Positions 8,780-19,290 of a DNA stretch of 64,000 bases are shown piece by piece; the first letter of the stretch is position 1; each line of letters starts with the position of its first letter. The notes below the pieces were generated by a model. That model was given only the letters and a program-made list of their open reading frames with translations, had not been told where the DNA came from and ran no database searches. Source of the stretch: Candidatus Collierbacteria bacterium (GTDB taxonomy: Bacteria > Patescibacteriota > Microgenomatia > UBA1400 > JACPES01); the NCBI GenBank assembly GCA_016219325.1, contig JACRNH010000003.1, positions 45,123 to 109,122 on the forward strand, written 5' to 3'. A program made the position numbers and the translations under genes.

Positions 8780-10924
8780 ATGCCCAACAACGATTTCAAT
8801 CCACAAGATTTATTTAAGCCTTCCGTTCCCAAAGAGGCTTTGGAAAAATATACGATTAATTTAACCAGAATGGCGCAGGAAGGGAAACTGGACCCGGTCA
8901 TCGGCAGGGATCAGGAAATCAGACGGATTATGCAGGTTTTATCGCGCCGAACCAAAAATAATCCGGTTTTAATCGGCGATCCTGGCGTTGGAAAAACCGC
9001 GTTGGTTGAAGGTTTGGCGTTGCGGATTGCTAACCGCGACGTTCCTGATTCTTTGGCCAACAAACAGCTATTGATTTTAGATTTGGCTTCGGTTTTGGCC
9101 GGAGCAAAATTCAGGGGTGAATTTGAAGAGCGATTAAAGGCAATTCTAAAAGGAGTGGAAGACAGCCGCGGAGAATATATTTTATTTATTGACGAATTGC
9201 ATACGCTGGTCGGAGCCGGCGGAGCAGAAGGAGCGGTTGATGCTTCAAACATTATGAAGCCGGGGCTAGCCAGAGGGTTATTGAGAGTAATTGGAGCAAC
9301 CACGATCAATGAATACCGGAAATATGTTGAAAAAGATGCCGCGTTGGAACGCAGATTTCAGCCGGTTTTGGTTGATGAACCTGTTCCGGAAGATGCGGTG
9401 GCAATTTTACGCGGGATAAAGGAAAAATATGAAGTACATCATGGCATCAGGATTAGCGACGATGCAATTTTGGCCGCGGTTCGGTTATCTACAAGGTATA
9501 TCCCAGACAGATTTTTACCGGATAAAGCGATTGACTTAATTGACGAAGCCGCGTCTGCTTTGAAAATAGAAACAGAATCTATGCCCGTTGCTTTGGATGA
9601 GCTTAAAAGAAAAATTACTCAACTGGAAATTGAGAAACAGGCATTGAAAAGGGAGAAAGACGGAGAAACTAAGGATAAGGTTAATAGGTTAGATGAGCAA
9701 GTCAAAAGATTAAAGAAAGATGCGGACGGGATTCAGGTTAAGTGGGATTTACAGAGGAAATTAATCAACCAAATCAGGAAAAACCGTGAAGAAATAGAAA
9801 AATTAAGAGGTGAATTGGAACGGGCAGAACGGGAAGTCAGCTTGGAAAAAGCGGCGGAAATTAAGTATGGAAAATTGCCCAAACTGGAAAAGGAAGTTAA
9901 AGAATTGGATTCGGAGTGGGGAAAGATTCCGGATAATGATAAAGTTTTGCGGGAGCAAGTGGAGGAAGAAGATGTTGCTCAAATTGTTTCCCGTTGGACT
10001 GGAATTCCGGTCATTAAATTAGTCGGAGGAGAGCAGGGAAAATTGGTTCATTTGGAGGAAGAATTGGGGAAAAAGGTTGTCGGTCAGGATGAGGCATTAA
10101 AAGCTGTCTCAAATGCTGTCAGGAGATCGCGGGCTGGAATTAAAGAGGAAGGCAAGCCGATCGCGGTTTTTTTATTTTTGGGTCCGACCGGAGTCGGAAA
10201 AACCGAAACAGCCAAGGCTTTAGCTGAATCCTTGTTTGCCGATGAAAATTCGCTGATCAGAATTGATATGAGCGAATATTCTGAACAGCATTCGGTGGCC
10301 AGATTGATCGGGGCTCCTCCCGGATATGTTGGATTTGAAGAAGGCGGTCAGTTGACGGAGGCAGTCAGGAGACGGCCGTATTCGGTTTTATTGTTTGACG
10401 AAATAGAAAAAGCTCATCCGCAGATATTCAATATTTTTCTTCAAATTTTTGACGCGGGCAGGTTAACTGACGGGAAAGGCAGAGCGGTTAATTTTAAAAA
10501 CACGGTGATTATTATGACGAGCAATATTCAAGGGAAAAAGGAAGAAGGAAAAGGGAAGAAGGATGTTGATGATATTATAAAGCAGCTGAGACAGACGTTT
10601 AAGCCGGAGTTTTTGAATAGAATTGATCAAATTGTGTTATATGAATCATTGTCCGAGAAACAATTAACGAAAATTGTAGATATAGAGTTATCGAAAGTTC
10701 AAAATAGATTGACGGAAAAGCAGATTAAACTTGAAGTGAGTAATGATACCAAAAAATATCTGGCCAAAACCGGCTACGATCCGGTTTTTGGTGCCAGGCC
10801 TTTGAAACGATTAATTCAGGATGAGATTTTAGATCCTCTGGCATTAATGATGATTGAGGGGAAAACGAAGGAAAAGTCGGTAGTAAATGTTGGTTTTAGC
10901 TCCGGAAAGATAATCTTTGACTAA
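8780..10924 (+). CDS. clpB: ClpB-type AAA+ chaperone lacking the N-terminal domain
   Basis: [12 protein letters not shown], two Walker A motifs ([16 protein letters not shown]), coiled-coil middle domain, GARPL.R. Confidence 0.93.
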   Translation: MPNNDFNPQDLFKPSVPKEALEKYTINLTRMAQEGKLDPVIGRDQEIRRIMQVLSRRTKNNPVLIGDPGVGKTALVEGLALRIANRDVPDSLANKQLLILDLASVLAGAKFRGEFEERLKAILKGVEDSRGEYILFIDELHTLVGAGGAEGAVDASNIMKPGLARGLLRVIGATTINEYRKYVEKDAALERRFQPVLVDEPVPEDAVAILRGIKEKYEVHHGIRISDDAILAAVRLSTRYIPDRFLPDKAIDLIDEAASALKIETESMPVALDELKRKITQLEIEKQALKREKDGETKDKVNRLDEQVKRLKKDADGIQVKWDLQRKLINQIRKNREEIEKLRGELERAEREVSLEKAAEIKYGKLPKLEKEVKELDSEWGKIPDNDKVLREQVEEEDVAQIVSRWTGIPVIKLVGGEQGKLVHLEEELGKKVVGQDEALKAVSNAVRRSRAGIKEEGKPIAVFLFLGPTGVGKTETAKALAESLFADENSLIRIDMSEYSEQHSVARLIGAPPGYVGFEEGGQLTEAVRRRPYSVLLFDEIEKAHPQIFNIFLQIFDAGRLTDGKGRAVNFKNTVIIMTSNIQGKKEEGKGKKDVDDIIKQLRQTFKPEFLNRIDQIVLYESLSEKQLTKIVDIELSKVQNRLTEKQIKLEVSNDTKKYLAKTGYDPVFGARPLKRLIQDEILDPLALMMIEGKTKEKSVVNVGFSSGKIIFD

Positions 10925-10961
10925 AACATTTCTACTTACACTAGCGTGATATTATTACAGA

Positions 10962-12554
10962 ATGGGATTTAAGATTTCTCCGCAAGAAATTCAACACGTG
11001 GCGCAACTCGCCAATCTTCAGATTTCCGATAAAGAATTAAAACTTTATACCAAGCAAATTCAGGATATTTTAGGATATGTTGAGCAACTCGATAAGGTTA
11101 AAGTTGAAGGAGTTGAGCCGACCTACCAGACTTTGGACGGGACAACTAACGTTTGGCGGGAGGACGAAGTCAAGGAAAGCTTGAGTCAGGAAGAAGCAGT
11201 GGGGCAGGCCGAAAAAACAATGGATGGGTATTTTATTACCGACAGCGTGTTTGGCAAAGGCAAAAGTACAATCCGCCAGCTGACGGAGTACAAGAAGGTG
11301 CAAGAAAGTACAAAAAGGGAAATTGATGGGTTGAATGTTGTTCTGACGGAGGTGGATGTAAAGGGAAATATAGGTCTCAAGGATTTATTTTTGACTAAAG
11401 GGATAAGAAGTACGGCAGGATCAAACGTTTTGCGGGAATATACCCCGCAATATTCTTCAAGTGTAATTAAATTGTTAGAAAAGGCCGGATTTGCCACAAA
11501 ATATAAATTGAATTGCGATGCTTGGGCTCATGGCTCAAGCGGTGAAAATTCTGATTTTGGGCCGGTCAAAAACCCTTGGAATCTCGAATTTACTCCGGGA
11601 GGATCATCAAGCGGATCGGCCGCGGCTGTGGCTGCCGGGTTAGTGGATTTTGCTACCGGGACGGATACAGGAGGGTCAATCAGATTGCCGGCGAGTTTTT
11701 GCGGAGTAGTCGGATTAAAGCCGACTTACGGCGCGGTCAGCCGGTACGGGATTGTGGCGATGGCGTCAAGTTTGGATTCTCCCGGGATTATTGGGAGGAC
11801 TGTGGAAGAGGTGGAGAAGGTGTTTGGGGTGATGGTTGGGGAGGATAGACGAGACGCTACATCAAAAAGAGAAGGAAAAAGAGGGATAAGAAGGATCAGA
11901 AGGACAGAGGAGATAAAAATCGGGATACCGGAAGAATTTTTTGCCGAGGGATTAGATTCGTCGGTAAAAAAAGCGGTAAATGGAGCGATAGAAGAATTAT
12001 CAAAAGCCGGACTGGAAATTAAGCGATTATCACTCCCGCACCTTAAATATGCCTTAGCTGTTTATTACTTGATTGCGACTACCGAAACCGCCAGTAACTT
12101 GGGCAGGTATGACGGGATAAGATACGGACAAGACAGATCATTTTTTGGCGCCGAAGCTAAGCGGCGGATTATGCTAGGGACGTTCGCGTCATCGGCCGGA
12201 TATTCAGCCAAGTTTTTTGAAAAAGCGGCTCGGGTAAGGACTTTAATAATTAAAGATTTCAATGATGCGTTTAAAGATGTTGATGTTTTGATCGGGCCGG
12301 TGTCGCCGACCCCGCCCTTTAAATTGGGGGAAAAGGCCAATGATCCATTGCAAATGTATTTATCGGATATTTTGACGGTGCCGGTAAACTTGGCGGGGCT
12401 GCCGGGGCTGGCGCTGCCGTGCGGGTTCACTAAAAATAATCTGCCAATCGGGATGCAGTTGATTGGGCCAAGGTGGTCAGAAAATTTACTTTTTGACATT
12501 GGTGAGAAGTACCAAGGTTTAACTAATTGGCATAAGGAGCGACCAAGAGTCTAA
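10962..12554 (+). CDS. gatA: Fused GatC-GatA Asp/Glu-tRNA amidotransferase subunit
   Basis: First ~97 aa are GatC-like (HVAQLANL...ILGYVEQL...NVWRED...GYF). Amidase signature follows (LKD, PGGSSSGS, GTDTGGSIRLPA, RRIMLG) with no stop between. Confidence 0.9.
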   Translation: MGFKISPQEIQHVAQLANLQISDKELKLYTKQIQDILGYVEQLDKVKVEGVEPTYQTLDGTTNVWREDEVKESLSQEEAVGQAEKTMDGYFITDSVFGKGKSTIRQLTEYKKVQESTKREIDGLNVVLTEVDVKGNIGLKDLFLTKGIRSTAGSNVLREYTPQYSSSVIKLLEKAGFATKYKLNCDAWAHGSSGENSDFGPVKNPWNLEFTPGGSSSGSAAAVAAGLVDFATGTDTGGSIRLPASFCGVVGLKPTYGAVSRYGIVAMASSLDSPGIIGRTVEEVEKVFGVMVGEDRRDATSKREGKRGIRRIRRTEEIKIGIPEEFFAEGLDSSVKKAVNGAIEELSKAGLEIKRLSLPHLKYALAVYYLIATTETASNLGRYDGIRYGQDRSFFGAEAKRRIMLGTFASSAGYSAKFFEKAARVRTLIIKDFNDAFKDVDVLIGPVSPTPPFKLGEKANDPLQMYLSDILTVPVNLAGLPGLALPCGFTKNNLPIGMQLIGPRWSENLLFDIGEKYQGLTNWHKERPRV

Positions 12555-12557
12555 CCT

Positions 12558-12649
12558 AGTGATTTATGAATTAAGATTTATGATTTATGAATAATAACGG
12601 TCTGATTCTTATATATATAGAATTCATAATTCGTAAATCTTAAATCATT
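12558..12649. repeat. Intergenic inverted-arm heptamer repeat (GATTTAT-type / ATAAATC-type)
   Basis: agtgatttatgaattaagatttatgatttatgaat ... attcataattcgtaaatcttaaatcat. Confidence 0.85.
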
Positions 12650-12656
12650 GCTTAAA

Positions 12657-14024
12657 ATGAAAATCAAATTAATTCCCATAATTGGCCTTGAAGTTCACGT
12701 GGAATTGAAGACGAATTCCAAAATGTTCTGCGGATGTAAAAACGATCCGTTTGGGGCTTCAAAACCGAATATTTACACCTGTCCGGTGTGTTTGGGTTTG
12801 CCGGGAGCCCTGCCGGTGCCGAATAAGAAAGCGATTGAATTAACCGTAAAATTAGGCTTAGGTTTGGGTTGTGAAATAAATCGAGAATCCCGGTTTGACC
12901 GGAAACATTATTTTTATCCGGATCTGCCGAAAGGCTATCAGATCAGCCAATATGAGAAACCGTTCGCGTCTGGCGGTGAGCTGAAATTCAGAATTCAGAA
13001 TTCAGAATTCAGAATTATAAGAGTTAGAAGGGTGCATTTGGAAGAGGATACGGGGAAATTGCTGCACCGGAAAATAGACGGTGAAGAAGTTTCTTTGATT
13101 GATTTTAACCGTTCCGGCGTGCCATTGGCGGAAATTGTGACCGAACCGGATATCAGGTCGGCGCAGGAAGCAAAAGAGACGGCTAAAAAAATTTATCAGA
13201 TTGTTAGGGCCTTGGGCGTGTCTGATGCGGATATGGAGAAGGGAAGCATGAGGTTGGAAGCGAATATCTCTCTCTCCGAGATAAAGGAAAAAGGAAAAAG
13301 GAAAAAGGAAAAAGGGGAACTTCCGGACTATAAGGTGGAGATCAAGAATATTAATTCTTTTAGATTTATGGAAAGGGCGATAAATGCGGAAATTGAGAGA
13401 CAGGAAAAAATTCTTGAGTCCGGTAAAAAAGTGCAACAGCAAACTTTTGGTTGGGATACGGAAAAACAGGAGTTGAAACCGCAAAGGGTGAAAGAAGAAG
13501 CCGCGGATTATCGGTATTTTCCGGAACCGGATATACCGCCAATCGTTTTGTCAGACGATTGGATATTAAAGATCAAAGATCAAATATCAAAATTGCCGGA
13601 AGAAATATATGAAGGATTGATTAGAACTGGAATTGCGGCAGCGGCGGCGAAGGTGATTGTGGGAGATAGGGAGTTAGCGGAGAAAATTAATGGGATAATT
13701 AGGGAAATTAAGGAGATTGGAGATATTAGGGATATTGGAAACTGGGCGTTGCATCATCAGGAGATGATTAAGGAAAAACCGGTGGATGAATTAATTTCTT
13801 TATTTAAGCAAGGGAGAGAAGGGTTAGTTTCAGATTCCGGCCAACTTAAACGATGGGTTAAGGAAGTTGTTGAAGACAATGTTCAAGCGGTGAATGATTA
13901 TAGAAAAGGCAAAGAAGCGGCATTAATGTTTTTGGTTGGACAGGCGCAAAGATTGGCTAAAGGGAAAGCTGATGTTAGTTTGGTTAAAGATATGTTAAGC
14001 TCAAAATTATCAAGTGATTTATGA
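12657..14024 (+). CDS. gatB: Asp/Glu-tRNA amidotransferase subunit B
   Basis: IGLEVHVEL.T.SKMFC, FDRKHYFYPDLPKGYQISQ, HLEEDTGK, DYRYFPEPD. Confidence 0.97.
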   Translation: MKIKLIPIIGLEVHVELKTNSKMFCGCKNDPFGASKPNIYTCPVCLGLPGALPVPNKKAIELTVKLGLGLGCEINRESRFDRKHYFYPDLPKGYQISQYEKPFASGGELKFRIQNSEFRIIRVRRVHLEEDTGKLLHRKIDGEEVSLIDFNRSGVPLAEIVTEPDIRSAQEAKETAKKIYQIVRALGVSDADMEKGSMRLEANISLSEIKEKGKRKKEKGELPDYKVEIKNINSFRFMERAINAEIERQEKILESGKKVQQQTFGWDTEKQELKPQRVKEEAADYRYFPEPDIPPIVLSDDWILKIKDQISKLPEEIYEGLIRTGIAAAAAKVIVGDRELAEKINGIIREIKEIGDIRDIGNWALHHQEMIKEKPVDELISLFKQGREGLVSDSGQLKRWVKEVVEDNVQAVNDYRKGKEAALMFLVGQAQRLAKGKADVSLVKDMLSSKLSSDL

Positions 14025-14111
14025 AGTATGATTTATGATTTACGAATAATATTAATTTAGTTTTCATAGATTTTCTGATTCATAATTCATAAATCGTAAT
14101 TCTTAATTCAT
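14013..14111. repeat. Intergenic inverted-arm heptamer repeat (same family as 12558-12649)
   Basis: agtgatttatgaagtatgatttatgatttacgaat ... attcataattcataaatcgtaattcttaattcat; spans the gatB stop to the dnaE ATG. Confidence 0.85.
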
Positions 14112-17100
14112 GAATCAATCTTTCGTTCATTTGCACGTCCATTCAGAGTACTCCCTTTTGGACGGGTTACCGAAAATTGCAAAATTAATAAAACGGGCCA
14201 AAGAGCTGAAAATGCCGGCTTTAGCGATAACCGATCACGGAGCGATGTACGGAGCGGTTAAGTTTTATAATGCCGCGTTGGAGGCAGGGATTAAACCGAT
14301 AATCGGAGTTGAAGCCTATATGGCTCAAAGAAGCCGGTTTGATAAAGAAGTCGGGGTGGATAAAGAATTACGGCATCAGTTGTTGCTAGCCAAGAACGAA
14401 ACCGGCTATAAAAATTTAATGAAGTTAGTGACACAGGCTAATTTAGAAGGATATTATTACAAACCGCGGATCGACAAGGAACTATTAAAAATTTATCACG
14501 AAGGAGTTATCGCAACCTCAAGTTGTTTACAAGGGGAAATCCCGAGGCTTATCGTAAATAACCGTTTGGATGAGGCTAAATCTTTGCTCAAATGGTATCT
14601 TGAGATATTCGGTGAAGATTATTATTTGGAACTCCAAAAGCATATTAATATTCCGGAACTGGAAATGGTTAATGCTCAGTTAATTAAAATGTCCCGGGAG
14701 TTCGGGGTACCGCTGGTAGCCACCAATGACGTTCACTATATCAATGCCGATGACGCCGAGGCCCAAGACGCGTTATTGGCGGTAGGGACCAAGAAATTAT
14801 TGTCCGATAAAGACAGATTAACGATGATTTCTTCGCCTGATTTTTACTTAAAGACGAATGAAGAAATGGGCAAGTTATTCTCCGATATTCCTGAAGCCCT
14901 GGAAAATACGCTTAAAATTGCCGGTAAATGCCAATTATCTTTACAAATCGGTAAATGGATTTTACCTAAATATCCGTTAAATGAAGGTGAAACTCCGGAA
15001 ATGGGTTTAGCTAGATTGACAGAAGAAGGTCTAAAACTGCGGTTTGGGAAAATATCCGATCAAATTAAGCAAAGGGCGGATTATGAGTTAGGGATAATTT
15101 GCCGCAAAGGATTTGCGACTTATTTTTTGATCGTACAGGATTTTGTAAATTGGGCCAAAAAAGAAGGAATCAGGGTCGGCCCTGGCAGGGGCAGTGTTGC
15201 CGGATCAATTGTGGCCTATGGATTAAGAATTACTACAGTCAATCCGCTGGAGCACAATATTCCCTTCGAAAGGTTTATGAATCCGGATCGGCCAACCCCG
15301 CCTGATATTGATATGGATTTTGCCGATGACCGCCGGGATGAGGTTATCCGTTATGTCACCGAAAAATATGGAAAAGGAAAAGTTGCCCAAATTATTACTT
15401 TCGGGACGATGGAAGCCAGGCAAGCGATACGTGATATTGGCAGAGTTATGGATGTCCCTTACTCTACCTGCGATAAACTAGCCAAACTAATCCCTTTAAA
15501 AGTTGGATTGAGGGAGGCCATAAATTCCAGTTTAGAGATGCAAGAAATGGGACGGGAGCCGCAAATTACTAAATTATTCGGGTTGGTGGAAAAGGTGGAA
15601 GGAGTTACCCGACACGCCTCAACTCATGCCGCCGGAGTGGTTATTGCCGATAAAGACATTACAGAATACACTCCGGTTCAAAAAGAAACCGGCAGCGACC
15701 GGATAATGACTCAATATGACATGTATAGTCTGGACCTCAATGTTTCGGATAAAGCCATTGGTTTATTGAAAATGGATTTCTTGGGATTGCGGAATTTAAC
15801 AATTTTAGGAAAAGCGGTTGAGTTCGTAAAAAAATACGAAAATGTTGAAGTTGATTTATCAGAACTGCCGTTGGATGATTCGCAAATTTATGAATTAATA
15901 AGCAGCGGAGAAACTACCGGAATATTTCAATTAGAAAGCCAGGGGATGAGACGGTTGGCCCGGAATTTAAAACCGAATAAATTCAGCGATATTACCGCCA
16001 TGGTGGCTTTATTCCGGCCGGGGCCGATGGAGCTGATCGACGATTTTATTGCCGGGAAACTCCATCCCGATAAAATTCAATATTTACATCCAGCTTTAAA
16101 ACCGATTTTAGCTCCAACTTACGGAGTGGCGGTATACCAGGAACAATGCATGCAAATCGCCAATAAAGTGGCCGGATATTCTATGGCTGAGGCCGATAAT
16201 TTGCGGCGGGCGATTGGAAAGAAAAAACATTCAATCATGGAGATTGAGAAAAAGAAATTTATAGCCGGTGTCGTAAAAAATAGTTATACAAAACCAATTG
16301 CTGAAAAAATCTGGGGATTTATCGAGAAATTCGTCGGATATGGATTTAATATTCCACATTCGGTCAGTTACGCCATGATTGCCTATCAGACAGCTTATAT
16401 GAAAATTAAATTTCCGGTTGAATATATGACGGCTATGCTGACGGCTGAAAGCCGGGCAATTTCCGGACCGGCCCGGGATTTTAAGGTATCTCAGGGAGTT
16501 GACGAATGCCGGAGGTTGGGGATTATGATTTTACCGCCGGACATTAATAAATCATTAGAGGATTTTTCCATAGAGGATTTTTCAGAAAGCCTTAAATCAA
16601 AAGCTGTCAGGTTTGGAATATCTGCTGTAAAAAACGTCGGAACGGCGGCGATCAGTTCAATTTTAAGCGTCAGACAAACAGGTGAATTTACTTCGTTATT
16701 TGATTTTTTGGGCAGAGTTGATTCTCAGAAAGTAAATAAGAAAGTAATTGAAAGTTTAATAAAAGTCGGGGCGATGGACTCGTTCGGCAGGCGGTCTTCT
16801 TTGCTTGCGGTTTTAGACGATTTAAGGTTGCAAACAGCCGCAAAGCAAAAATTGGTTGATTCAGGGCAGGGAAGTTTATTTGAGGATTTTGGAACCGGAG
16901 CGAAAGATGATAACCAGGTAGAAATACCGGATTTGCCGGAATTTTCGGCTGAAGACATGGCAAATTTTCAGAAAGAGCTGCTGGGAATTTATTTAAGCGA
17001 TAATCCGATGGTTAAATTATTGGATCCGGTTAGAAACATGGTCTCTGCCAGAGTGATGGATTTAACTGAAGAATCAGCCGGAAAAGTGGTAGTTATGGCA

Positions 17101-17589
17101 GGAGCGGTGACCAGATCGCGGACGATTCAAACCAAAAGGTCTAACCAGTCAATGTGTTTTTCAAATATTGAAGATGAAACCGGAAGCATTGAGGCGGTGG
17201 TTTTTCCATCGATTTTTGAAAAAGACGGCCAATGCTTTGTAAAAGACAGCGTGGTATTAGTATCAGGAAAAGTTGATTTTAAGGATGATAAATTGCATTT
17301 AATAGTTGATAAGGCAATTGATCTCCGCAGCAATCCAAACCAGGACCAATTAGCCGTTTTTGGAAAAGGGATAAGTTATGCTTCCGACAAAACCATTTCT
17401 ATTCCTAGGGGAACTCCGAAATCGGTTTTGTCCGAATTGGCCATATTGTTAAAAGCGCATCCGGGATCAGCCAGGATTAAAGTTCTTTTGCCGAATAATG
17501 AGGGAACATCAATCAAAACATTGAATCTTCCTTATGGAGTGAATTGGCCGGAAGTTGAAAGAGGGGTTGCGTCTCTGATAAAATCCTAA
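14110..17589 (+). CDS. dnaE: DNA polymerase III alpha subunit
   Basis: FVHLHVHSEYSLLDG, GPGRGS, PDIDMDF, KMDFLGLRNLT, C-terminal OB fold. Confidence 0.98.
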   Translation: MNQSFVHLHVHSEYSLLDGLPKIAKLIKRAKELKMPALAITDHGAMYGAVKFYNAALEAGIKPIIGVEAYMAQRSRFDKEVGVDKELRHQLLLAKNETGYKNLMKLVTQANLEGYYYKPRIDKELLKIYHEGVIATSSCLQGEIPRLIVNNRLDEAKSLLKWYLEIFGEDYYLELQKHINIPELEMVNAQLIKMSREFGVPLVATNDVHYINADDAEAQDALLAVGTKKLLSDKDRLTMISSPDFYLKTNEEMGKLFSDIPEALENTLKIAGKCQLSLQIGKWILPKYPLNEGETPEMGLARLTEEGLKLRFGKISDQIKQRADYELGIICRKGFATYFLIVQDFVNWAKKEGIRVGPGRGSVAGSIVAYGLRITTVNPLEHNIPFERFMNPDRPTPPDIDMDFADDRRDEVIRYVTEKYGKGKVAQIITFGTMEARQAIRDIGRVMDVPYSTCDKLAKLIPLKVGLREAINSSLEMQEMGREPQITKLFGLVEKVEGVTRHASTHAAGVVIADKDITEYTPVQKETGSDRIMTQYDMYSLDLNVSDKAIGLLKMDFLGLRNLTILGKAVEFVKKYENVEVDLSELPLDDSQIYELISSGETTGIFQLESQGMRRLARNLKPNKFSDITAMVALFRPGPMELIDDFIAGKLHPDKIQYLHPALKPILAPTYGVAVYQEQCMQIANKVAGYSMAEADNLRRAIGKKKHSIMEIEKKKFIAGVVKNSYTKPIAEKIWGFIEKFVGYGFNIPHSVSYAMIAYQTAYMKIKFPVEYMTAMLTAESRAISGPARDFKVSQGVDECRRLGIMILPPDINKSLEDFSIEDFSESLKSKAVRFGISAVKNVGTAAISSILSVRQTGEFTSLFDFLGRVDSQKVNKKVIESLIKVGAMDSFGRRSSLLAVLDDLRLQTAAKQKLVDSGQGSLFEDFGTGAKDDNQVEIPDLPEFSAEDMANFQKELLGIYLSDNPMVKLLDPVRNMVSARVMDLTEESAGKVVVMAGAVTRSRTIQTKRSNQSMCFSNIEDETGSIEAVVFPSIFEKDGQCFVKDSVVLVSGKVDFKDDKLHLIVDKAIDLRSNPNQDQLAVFGKGISYASDKTISIPRGTPKSVLSELAILLKAHPGSARIKVLLPNNEGTSIKTLNLPYGVNWPEVERGVASLIKS

Positions 17590-17590
17590 A

Positions 17591-19276
17591 GTGCGTCAAG
17601 TAAAATATATTTTTATTTCGGGCGGAGTCCTTTCCGGTTTAGGCAAAGGCATTACTTCAGCCTCAATTGGTTTTTTGCTTAAGGCCCACGGTTATAAAGT
17701 TACTCCGGTTAAATGCGAGAACTATTTAAATATTGATTCCGGTTTAATTAATCCCATAGAACACGGCGACCCATTTTTGTGCGAAGACGGAACAGAATCT
17801 GATATGGATTTGGGAACTTATGAAAGGTTTTTAAACCAGAATATGGGGATCGAGAATTTTGTCACTATGGGGCAGATTTACCGCCAAGTGATTGAAAATG
17901 AACGGAATTATAAATATAAAGGCGAAGATGTTGAGGCAATTCCTCACGTGGTGAATGAAATAATTAGGCGGATTAAATCAGCCGGAGAAAAGTCGGAGGC
18001 GGATATAATTTTGGTGGAATTAGGCGGAACTACAGGAGAATATCAGAATGTTTTGTACTACGAAGCTGCCAGGGAAATGAAGCTTGAGGCATTGCGGAAT
18101 GACGATGTTCATAGGGTTGTCCATATTCACGTCAGTTACTTGCCAATTCCAAAACATTTAGGCGAACCGAAGACCAAGCCGACACAGCTTTCAATCCGGA
18201 CTTTGATGGGAATGGGAATTCAGCCGGATTTTTTGGTTGCCCGTTGTGAGAAAGAAATTGATGCCAGAAGGAAATACTTATTGTCATTAACCTGTAATTT
18301 GAGAGACGAAAATATTGTTTCAGGTCCGGATATGGATTCGATTTATCAGGTGCCGTTGGTTTATAAAAAACAGGATTTTGACACCAGAATTCTTAAGGCG
18401 TTGGGCCTTAAGCCCGGAAAAGCAGATTTAAACGATTGGAATAAGCTGGCAAAGTCAATTTCTGAACCTAAAAAATATCAACTGGAGATCGCCATAGTCG
18501 GAAAATATTTCCGGACAGGCAAAGAATTTATGCTGGCCGATTCATATGCTGCTCTGTTTGAGGCCTTAAAACATGCAGCATGGAAACAAGGTTTTGAGCT
18601 AAAACTTAAATGGGTTAGCGCGGAGGAGGTTGAAGAAAACGGGGTTAATGGATTGCTCTCCGGGGTTGACGGGATTGTGGTTCCTATTGGATGGGGAAAG
18701 CGAGGGGCGGAAGGAAAAATATCAGCCATAAATTATGCCAGAATAAATAAAATTCCGTTTTTGGGTTTGTGTTATGGGATGCAATTGGCTTGCATTGAAT
18801 TTGCCCGGAATGTGGCAGGGCTTAAGGAAGCCAATACCACCGAAAACGATCCGGAGACTTCTAATCCTATAATTCATGACATTCCGGAAAAAGCGGAATT
18901 AATGACAATTAAGAGCCGGGGAGTTGCGATGCGGTTGGGAGGATGGGATTTTAAGGTTAAGGAAAAAACTCTTTTGGATAATATTTATAAAAAATATAAT
19001 CTTTATAAAGATTATAAAAATAGGGTCGGATCCGTCAGACATCGTCATCGATTTGAGTTTAATAATCAGTATATTGATCTTCTGAAAAGTAAAGGTTTAA
19101 CGTTATCGGCAATGTCAGTTAAGGGAAATTTTGTGGATTGGATTGAGCTTCCAATAACAGTTCATCCATTTTTTATCGGAACCCAAGGCCATCCGGAATA
19201 TTCTTCCCGGCCTTTAAAACCGCATCCGGTATTTTTAGAATTCCTTAAAGCCTGCTATAATAATCGGGAACATTAG
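17591..19276 (+). CDS. pyrG: CTP synthase
   Basis: GGVLSGLGKG, KTKPTQ, GLCYGMQ, RHRHRFE, QGHPE. Confidence 0.97.
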   Translation: MRQVKYIFISGGVLSGLGKGITSASIGFLLKAHGYKVTPVKCENYLNIDSGLINPIEHGDPFLCEDGTESDMDLGTYERFLNQNMGIENFVTMGQIYRQVIENERNYKYKGEDVEAIPHVVNEIIRRIKSAGEKSEADIILVELGGTTGEYQNVLYYEAAREMKLEALRNDDVHRVVHIHVSYLPIPKHLGEPKTKPTQLSIRTLMGMGIQPDFLVARCEKEIDARRKYLLSLTCNLRDENIVSGPDMDSIYQVPLVYKKQDFDTRILKALGLKPGKADLNDWNKLAKSISEPKKYQLEIAIVGKYFRTGKEFMLADSYAALFEALKHAAWKQGFELKLKWVSAEEVEENGVNGLLSGVDGIVVPIGWGKRGAEGKISAINYARINKIPFLGLCYGMQLACIEFARNVAGLKEANTTENDPETSNPIIHDIPEKAELMTIKSRGVAMRLGGWDFKVKEKTLLDNIYKKYNLYKDYKNRVGSVRHRHRFEFNNQYIDLLKSKGLTLSAMSVKGNFVDWIELPITVHPFFIGTQGHPEYSSRPLKPHPVFLEFLKACYNNREH

Positions 19277-19290
19277 AGCATTTTGAATAT

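Noticed and set aside
8911-13484. Long antisense ORFs (8911-9309, 12065-12499, 13002-13484 and similar elsewhere)
   Set aside because: Shadow frames of highly conserved genes with no motifs of their own.
14110-17589. Intein or split in DnaE
   Set aside because: Length (1159 aa) and motif order are normal; no intein termini or homing endonuclease motifs seen.
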